Of a stretch of DNA of 64,000 bases, positions 49,755 through 64,000 are shown one piece after another (position 1 is the stretch's first letter; each line of letters opens with the position of its first letter). The stretch covers positions 21,514,001 through 21,578,000 of the forward strand of contig CM120645.1 of the NCBI GenBank assembly GCA_051362555.1. The letters are read 5' to 3'. The notes under the pieces are model-generated. The model searched no databases and had not been told where the DNA came from. It was given only the letters and a program-made list of their open reading frames with translations. The DNA comes from Lingula anatina (Eukaryota; Animalia; Brachiopoda). Made by a program: the position numbers and the translations under genes.

Positions 49755-52117
49755 AGAGAGAGAGAGAGAGAGAGAGAGAGTGAGAGAGCAGTTAAATACA
49801 TAAGGAGAGGATGATAGCTACATGCATTCGCATTTTCTCCTATGCTGCATTTATCCCTTTTTAATGAGGATTAAACTGCGTTGAAATCTTATTACTGGTA
49901 ACCGAGATATAGGCCCTATAAACTGTGTGATCTAAAGCTCGCGTTTCTTTATAGGGATTGGTAATTCGAATTTTAAATAACACAAGTTAAATTAAATTGC
50001 AATTTAAAAATTGGCAGAATGGCAGTTAAGGTCCTTATCCTTCCATTATCTTTGAATAACATATTTGTTCAACATGTGACTGTGGTTTGTCGAATGACAT
50101 TTTATCACATATTTAAAATGCAATTGTTGCTAAATTACTCAGCGCCAAACGCAACTTCGAGACACCGCAAAGCCTGATGTCCTTGCCAATATGCTGTAAA
50201 TACCGGATATTCTCTCTCTCTCTCTCTCTCTAATTATGATAAAAAGTACAATTCTGGTGCGAAACAGATGATGTGAATTTTGCAACATACTCCTTGTCTT
50301 TAATTGTTTTTTTAAAAATAAAATCACAAAATTGAAATTAAAACATTCTGTGCATTTTTGATGACAATTTATACAAAATACGGATAAAACCCCAGAAAAC
50401 TAATATTTTTGCCATCGGGCCAAATATTGCTTTAATGTTTTTTCATATATTTTTTTTACTTTATAGAAACACGCCTTATTATCAGTCATTATCTACAAAT
50501 TTCAGGTGCTTTGGGAACGGCGGGCGTTCTCGGAATTTCCGAGACGACAACTCTGAGATTTACAGTGAAGTCCTGGAAGACGAGGAACTGGTTAGTAGCG
50601 CATTGAACTGTGAAAAATCAGTTTTGTCATTTACTTTTGAACAAAATGCAAATCGGGATAAAGAATTAAAGAAAATAAAAAGACTGAACTTGTTATTCTA
50701 CCAATGAGGCATGTCAATTCAGTCAAAGATCAAGGCACCTTTGATGTAGGTTCGACACGTCAGCCTATTAGATAGAAAAAACAGGTTTTATCTCTTTAGA
50801 AACTCGCACGTTATGTCATATTTTACACCGAAATTGTCAACCGTTTAAGTCGTGAGAAAGGCAATTGAAAAAGTATTTTACTTAGATATAGAATGCTAGG
50901 CAGTTAGTTGTGTACACAATATATGTTGTTACATGGGCCTATTACAAGTTTTCATTTACCTTTGCAGTATAAATTTGAATGTCGATCGATCGTTATTTTA
51001 AGACCAGTGATGCCTTAACAACAACAATGACAATAATAATAATAATCTCATCTAAATTTACCAGGGTAACCCAGCCGTTCGTCACCTCTGTCTATCCAAC
51101 TCCAACGCCTTCACTCCAACGATGCCTAACAAGAACCCGCACAACGAGAACATGTTGACCATGAAAGACGGCATCATTACGACCCTCCCGCACAGCAAGC
51201 AAGTGGAGGACAAGGCAAACATGTATGAAAAATTACCACGGAATGCTAGCAGAGAAGATGCCCACAACGATTACCAAGCTCTTTTGCCAGACGAAAACAA
51301 CAGTAATATGGAGCCGGACTTGAGACCGAGCCACGTTGTCGCTGATAATGCATCGTACGCAGTGGTATCGAAAAAGGCGGACAGAGAGAAAAAAGGAGGA
51401 CAAAACGAAAGAGGAAGTGAAGGATTTCGCCCAACTAGTCTTGCTTCTAAAGCGTCTCGTAATTCGGAAACTTTGAGCATAGTGCCTCCAAGCAAATGTA
51501 GTACTTCCGTAAACTCTGACGGAAGTTATCTAGAACCCATAGCTAGTCCTACACCGCTGATAAGAGCGGACGATTCTAGAAGGCGCTCGGATTTAATGGC
51601 CGACGGTGGGGGGCGTTCCATGTTCACCAACCCTGAACAAGGAGAGAGCGAAGACTATGATTACCCTGAGTTTGACAGTGAAACAGAGGGAGAGGAACCG
51701 GAATACTTCATTCTAGAAAAGGAAGATGTTCCCCCAAAGTTCACGGGGTACGATCCACGACCTTCAAAAGCTGTCGGAAATGGCACCGGAGCTGGTGCGA
51801 AGCGGTCGTCTGCTAATTCTTCAGCAGGGCTGCCTCCACAAAACCAGACTACCAAACTGCTACAAAATGGAAGTATAGCTGACAGCAGTAGCACTGTTAG
51901 TTCCATAGGAACTTTCCATTCGGACAATAATCAAGATTTACTACAGAGCATCTTCAGCGTTCTGGGGTCGCAACCAGAGCCAGCAGTTGGCGCTTCAGGG
52001 CAAAGACTACTCGAAGGGGATGGAAGCCGACGTACAAGTGGAACAGCAGTTGAACCCTACGATGAACGCGAATATTATGAATTAGAAGATCCAGAGGAAT
52101 GGAAGGGGGACTCATAG
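42651..52117 (+). CDS. Type-I transmembrane protein: signal peptide, chitin-binding type-2 (CBM14/peritrophin-A) domain, Thr/Ser stalk, TM helix, long Tyr-motif cytoplasmic tail, about 661 aa; exons 42651-42792, 46714-47250, 47812-47980, 50506-50590, 51065-52117
   Basis: Intron phases 1,1,2,0 are consistent. Cys spacing C-x12-C-x5-C-x9-C-x12-C-x7-C with aromatic residues (FFMC, HFNE). TM AVIVGTCIGVSAVLVIVAVVLFFLW followed by RRNR. Confidence 0.82.
42800..42898. repeat. Compound (GC)n(GT)n(GA)n microsatellite just after a splice donor
   Basis: Direct reading. Confidence 0.9.
43708..43785. repeat. (TAA)n microsatellite grading into 15-bp aataatacatgtagt units
   Basis: Direct reading. Confidence 0.85.
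44047..44214. mobile_element. Short MITE with CAGGGGCGGAT termini (hAT-like termini, superfamily uncertain)
   Basis: CAGGGGCGGAT ... ATCCGCCCCTG; TAATA on both flanks; internal GGAAGACGGTCAGA repeats. Confidence 0.75.
44358..45389. mobile_element. Non-autonomous piggyBac-type DNA transposon, about 1.03 kb
   Basis: TTAA on both sides; CCCTCAAGAGACC / GGTCACTTGAGGG TIRs; subterminal palindromes GGGGTC-N6-GACCCC at about 44401, 45189 and 45355; no transposase ORF. Confidence 0.85.
49638..49789. repeat. (GA)n / (GT)n / (GA)n microsatellite cluster
   Basis: Direct reading. Confidence 0.9.
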
Positions 52118-53198
52118 ACATTGATAATTTTTTCTAATAGTTTAATGCATGCTGGCATCTTCAACGACGGTTAGAAAACAGAGCCTCACACACATCCTCT
52201 TAATTACACTGAATTACATGTATTATTATTTTTGCTAAAACTCTACAAACGAGAGGCATGAGTTTTTCTACCCCTGCCTCCATCCCCTCTACCCTGTGTT
52301 AAAATACCCTTCCATCTGATATTATATCCCAAAGAATGTTGGACGAGCAAGTGCGTACTAGTAGTAGAGTAGTGTATGGAATGCTGGCCTAATTTATGTT
52401 ATACCTTGATATAATTTATCTCATTTTTTTGGCATAGCCACATGTCAGATGAAGATATCATCTGTAACTATGGTAAAGCGATTTTTTTGTGTAAAAGTTG
52501 GTGATTTAATCTCAGCCCAGGTGGAAGTGGGTAAGAATTTCAGGGTTTATTGTACTGCATCGTATGAAAATATACCTACGGTAAAAACTTTAAAATTTCG
52601 TCGGTTTTGAAAAATCCGTCAGACGACTATATTCCACCCACCTATATTCATTACTTACCTATTTTTCAAATAAGTTAACTGACCAAACTGAATAAACACA
52701 AAAAAATATTATACCCAGTTTATTGAGAAAAACTAAATGGAAGTCATATGTAGCAGACCAATGAGAACTTCTATTTTAGGGTAAAAAAATCTCAGTTGGT
52801 TTTTATACAGTTATCACAAACAGTGACTGTGCTTAAACAGTGTTTGACCATCTCTGTTTTTTCTTGAAGAATACAAAGAAATTTCACTGTTTCTGCATAA
52901 ATATTAATTGTTATATCTATAAATACTACTTCTTGTGACATAAAGCCTGTTACACAGGCTTTAAAAATATTTCATATATTTATTTATTTATTTATTTCAA
53001 ATGCTGTTTAATAGTCAACTTTACCATAAACTCCACATTGCAGTTATTATGGTATGGATTTACCAGCTGTTTTTGTTAAAATAATCAAGAATGCACCACA
53101 TAGGCATAAATTATTATGAAAATCAGGACATATAAAATTATAAGTTAAGTTTCTTGCTGTGTCATGACTAGAATGTCAACATCCAAGTTACGCCTTTG

Positions 53199-59821
<6,623 letters not shown>

Positions 59822-60859
59822 TATAGGCTTTTATCAGAAGTGCTGCACATATTTCACACAGTAGTATCCTGCATAAATACTGAGCAATTTATTCGCCCAT
59901 TTAATGCGCTTTAACCAGGGGCCTAAATGTTCAGCACCCTCGACAACACGACTTCGTGATCTTTCGTAAAAGGAGGCGGGAACAGCTGCTCTCTGCAATC
60001 TCATCTGCGTCTGTCGCATCAAACGCAATGAAGTCAAATTGGTTACATAATTTGCCTATAAATTCCCTAACTTATTTTGAAGGAAGCAACATGGTCGTGG
60101 GGACAGGAACAATGGTGGTTCTAGGTTGAGCCAACTGCGAATATGTTCCCAGTGAACACAGAACGTTGTTGTGAAAAAAAAAAAAATGTGAGCCAACATC
60201 TAATTTTAATTATGCAGCCTTAGATCTACATTGAAATAGAAACGAGACAAAAGAGGGATGTTGCTTTCAAACGGTAGGTAAAAATCATTTACACTGTTGA
60301 TGTTATTGTTTTCATCGCCTGTCCGTCGGTAGGGGGGCCTACATACATTTGTTACTACGTCGCACATTCTTTTTTGTTACATCTCAGTATCATACCCCGT
60401 ACAAATTTTGAGTAGTGATGCAATACCTTTCAACCCCGCTGAGAATCGTCACTATCACATCGCGTACAAGGCAAGAGCGGTGTCGCGTCTGATACTGTGA
60501 AATGCGTACTGATACACACCTTGAAAACGGGTAGTGTGGTCTGATCTACCGGTGAATTCAGGATCATTCGGTGCCGAGTCTGGTAGTTGGGTAGCTTTGC
60601 TGTCTAGTTGTAATATAATCTCTACCTTCATTAACATCGCTGAAAGTATATAGAAAGAATAGACGGCAGGATTAACCAAGGAAAGGTAAGGGCGACTGGC
60701 GGAAGTTGCTCTTTTCCCTTCTTTTTCTTCCTCTTCTGTCTTTATTTTGCCAGTGTGATTATATATTATATTTGCACTAACTTGTTAAGGAGTATCATGC
60801 AACGCCTTCTTTCTGATTTCTTCAGCGTGCGTGAAGTAATCCAGCTGATGCAAAAATGC

Positions 60860-61057
60860 TCTCCGTGGGCAAACCTGCGGTTAAATCTTACTCCTTGTGC
60901 ATGGCAAAAGCGCATAGGAAGAAAATTTTAAGTGGGTGTTTGTTGTAAGTGGATATAATCCAACTGAAACAATTATACTCTCCGTGGGCAAATCTGTGGT
61001 GAAATCTTACTCCTGGTAGCAAAAGTGCATAGGTAGCAAATTGTAAGTGGGTGTTAC
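60860..61057. repeat. Diverged two-copy repeat of about 80 bp
   Basis: ctccgtgggcaaa...aaatcttactcct...gcaaaag.gcatagg...taagtgggtgtt at about 60860-60939 and about 60980-61056. Confidence 0.75.
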
Positions 61058-61413
61058 GGTTTTAAAAGTGTGCAGAAAGATATTTGTTATCCTCTTTACC
61101 GTGTCCTGCTGCTTGTGTTTATGACTGAGGTGAAGATAATGGGATCTCCCTTCCCTGTCTTCTACGCCTATTTGGTAATTGAAGATGAGCCGAAGTGCCC
61201 TTTTCACGTTTTCTCCAAAACTACAACGACCCGTTGACAACTGACAGGTGTTAGCAATACCTTAGGGCAGTGGGAAGATAGTGGCCTTAGTTTGAATTTG
61301 ATTATAACTGTTAAAAGTATATTTTGAAGGCATTTTCTAGCCTTAAGTAATTTCCGTAAAGCTTTGGCATGTGTGAAAGTTATCATATATTGTCAATAGC
61401 ACTACAATAATGA

Positions 61414-61480
61414 TGGCCGAGTGGTAACGTTCTTGGCTGTTTATCTCAGCTTAGAGGATTCGGTTCACAGTCAGACCCTT
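61414..61480 (+). mobile_element. Degenerate tRNA-derived SINE head
   Basis: A-box TGGCCGAGTGG, weak B-box-like GGTTCA, then a T-rich tract; no cloverleaf. Confidence 0.3.
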
Positions 61481-61826
61481 TTCTTATTCTTTTTTTTTTA
61501 TATTATTGTTATACTAATTTCTTATCATGGTTCAATGATTGATGTGACGGGTATCAGGTAGCAAACTGTATAGCAAATCTTTTGAAACCGACTTTCGTGA
61601 TAGGGCCTGTGCCTTTTAGGGGATGAATATAATGTTTCCTTTCAGGGATTTTTGGATCAACACGACAGCTGTAGCACTAGTTTTGACAGCATGGGTTGAA
61701 AGCAATTAGTACAAACCTGTCCTAAGTTATCTGACTGTTCCGTTAATATATATATACGCGTTACTCTGCTATTTTAAAGTGATCTGAAAATGACTCTTGC
61801 CTCTTTTCATCGGGTTAGTTTGAGGA

Positions 61827-61879
<53 letters not shown>

Positions 61880-62111
61880 GAAGAGGATCAAAAGTGTCAG
61901 TGATACCAGTTGTGATTGGGGCACTAGGAACAATCCCGAAGAACGCAGAAGCCTGTTTCGAGAAGTTGCCTAACATTGTTGGAAGGGCACAACTGTCAGT
62001 CATACTTGGAACGGCTCACATTTTGCGAAAAGTACGGTGTCTAAGCTGCAGGAAGCAGTTGACACACAGAAAAAAGACCCAGAAGAACATCTAAGAGATG
62101 GAGAGATTCAC
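61880..62111 (+). mobile_element. 5'-truncated R4/Dong-clade non-LTR retrotransposon in a (TAA)n array
   Basis: Encodes VIPVVIGALGTIPK...LSVILGTAHILRKV, typical of the C-terminus of the restriction-like endonuclease domain; flanked by (TAA)n at 61828-61879 and 62112-62139. Confidence 0.8.
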
Positions 62112-63462
62112 ATAATAATAATAATAATAATAATAATAAAATTTAAAGACGTAAAAGTAAAAATAAATAAAATATTGCTCAGCTGATAAGAAAAAGCCGA
62201 ATTCAAATCTTCGACTATAATTTGGATGACCAGGGGTTGTTTTGTGAAGTAGGAAAAATCTGTCAAATAGGCTTTATTCCAATAAAACAAATTGCATTCG
62301 AGATTAAAACTTCATCTTATACAGTAACTATGCTACAAGGTTTTCTTATAATGTCATTGCTGCCACGTCCACTTGTTCATAATGTTATTTAGTGCCGCAG
62401 GAGTCTTTCACCTTAAAACATTTACCCACTAGTTGCTTGAGATTTTCCGAGAATTCCCTGAGTGCTAGCTTGTAGATCACTTTGTTTCTTATCGCACTGC
62501 CCGTCTTCATTATCAGCTGCTTATCTCAAAGGGAAATAAATTGTCGGATAAAGCTGAATGCTTCCTTTGCGGTGTGTCAAGGACCCGATTGCTTGGCCTT
62601 AAAGAAATAAAGTCTATATGGAGCTTGAATGTTGAAGCTCTACACGTCTTTACTGCCTTTTAAAAAGACTTCTATCAGATAAAAAGCATGGCGGACAGTT
62701 ATGTGTACAAATGTGGAACCTGTTTGTAATATTATGTTTTGAAATGTGTGTGTGTGTGTGTATACATATAGCCTTGTTAAAGGAATGTAACAATAGCATT
62801 CTTAAACAAAATAAAATAGTATTTTCGAATTAACTTTTAAACATACAACATTACTAAACCTCGTCTACCATTATATGGCAGGGCACCTGTTTTTTGACAT
62901 TCAGATTAAAACTTGCCAAAAATGGTACAATCTTTCCAGGTTACCATTACGTTGAGCCAGTGAGGTCGTGAGCGATCCATGACTTTACAACGCCTACATT
63001 TGCGGCAGAAATTGCAAAAGAAGTGGTTAATAAGGCGTGAGTTTCAAAACAGGATGTCGGTAGTCGGTTCATGTGCCCCCTGACTTTTGCTGTTGTGTAA
63101 CTTGTAATTCGTCGATGGTTTCATGAGACATAGGGCCTACTAGGCCTGCTGTTTGTCATTCAAAAACATTACCAGTTGTTCACCCTTTTTGTTAAAGGCA
63201 TGAAACCTGGTCAACTTGATTTACAGATACGATCAAATCTAGATATTTAACACATCAATGGATCCCAGGTGACCTTTTATTACAATATGACCATCAAAAT
63301 CAGATTTGACCAATCAATTTTATCATTTTTTTTGTTCAAGTTCCTGAAACTTGCCCAGATAACATAAGTGACTCGTGCAAATATTACCATATCTGGGTAC
63401 GAAACCACCACCCACGGACCCCCCCCCCCCACCCCCCCTACGCGAGGCGACATTTTTCCAAG

Positions 63463-63508
63463 ATGGCTCCCAGTGGTGAAGGGAAGAGACAATATTTGGG
63501 ATTTCGAA
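63463..63508 (+). CDS. Possible first coding exon of an unidentified gene continuing beyond the window
   Basis: CAAGATGGC (YY1/Kozak-like) start in a CpG-rich patch; MAPSGEGKRQYLGFR then a GTGCGT donor. Confidence 0.4.
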
Positions 63509-64000
63509 GTGCGTCTATTCACGTACTGTAACTAGAATCTGTGTGCAAAGAGCTGTTTGAGAATTCGACCTAGAGATTTGAACTGCTTTGGATGCTGTTT
63601 TCGTGAGAGGTATTTTTGTTGCCTGCGGCTTAGTGCTCTTTGTAGGCATAAAACACTCAACACACTTCCAACGGTCTTCTGTAATATGAAAAATAAAGAA
63701 AATCCAAAACCACAAAGTCGAGTTTCGTGTTTTTTTATTAGACAAAAATCGCCCACAGGTAAACTAACATCCCGTTTGCTATTTCGAAGCGCCTGGTTAA
63801 GTCATCATTATTTTGATATTATGACATTCAAAATGCGTCATATGCCTACTCTGATGTATAATTTAAAAATACATTGACCAAGAACGGAGGGAAAAAGGCC
63901 TGAGGAAAAATTTAAGTAGGATGTGGTTTTCACCTGTTCGACTATCTTTACTGAAAACACATTGGCACTTTTTAAACTTCACGAACATTGTTTATATACC

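Noticed and set aside
60090-60690. Divergent transcript or ORF upstream of ANKRD16
   Set aside because: Donor-like sites exist (about 60275 and 60686) but no coherent coding frame.

Overview
AT-rich, intron-rich animal genomic DNA, probably from a mollusc or another lophotrochozoan (inferred from the gene set and repeat types). It is not prokaryotic, so most ORFs in the six-frame track are exon fragments or noise. Manual GT-AG splicing with phase checks gives the following genes. (1) The 5' part of a CENP-K-like gene (-), head-to-head with (2) a complete 13-exon HBP1 orthologue (+; AXH and HMG box) that carries two extra N-terminal zinc fingers. (3) A large uncharacterised armadillo-like gene (-) with a 3.16-kb disordered exon and a GILK+KVSF PP1-docking pair. 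(4) A small 4-exon orphan gene (-) whose exons are in phase with gene 3. (5) A divergently oriented paralogue of gene 3 (+) with matching exon sizes and phases. (6) A type-I membrane protein (+) with a chitin-binding type-2 domain, mucin stalk and tyrosine-motif-rich tail, a candidate chitin receptor. (7) ANKRD16 (-). (8) A possible first exon near the right end. Introns hold PIF/Harbinger-like MITEs, a non-autonomous piggyBac, a Kolobok-like derivative, a Helentron-type element and microsatellites. A 5'-truncated R4/Dong retroelement sits in a TAA repeat in the intergenic region near the right end. All family calls are from motif recognition; no database search was run.
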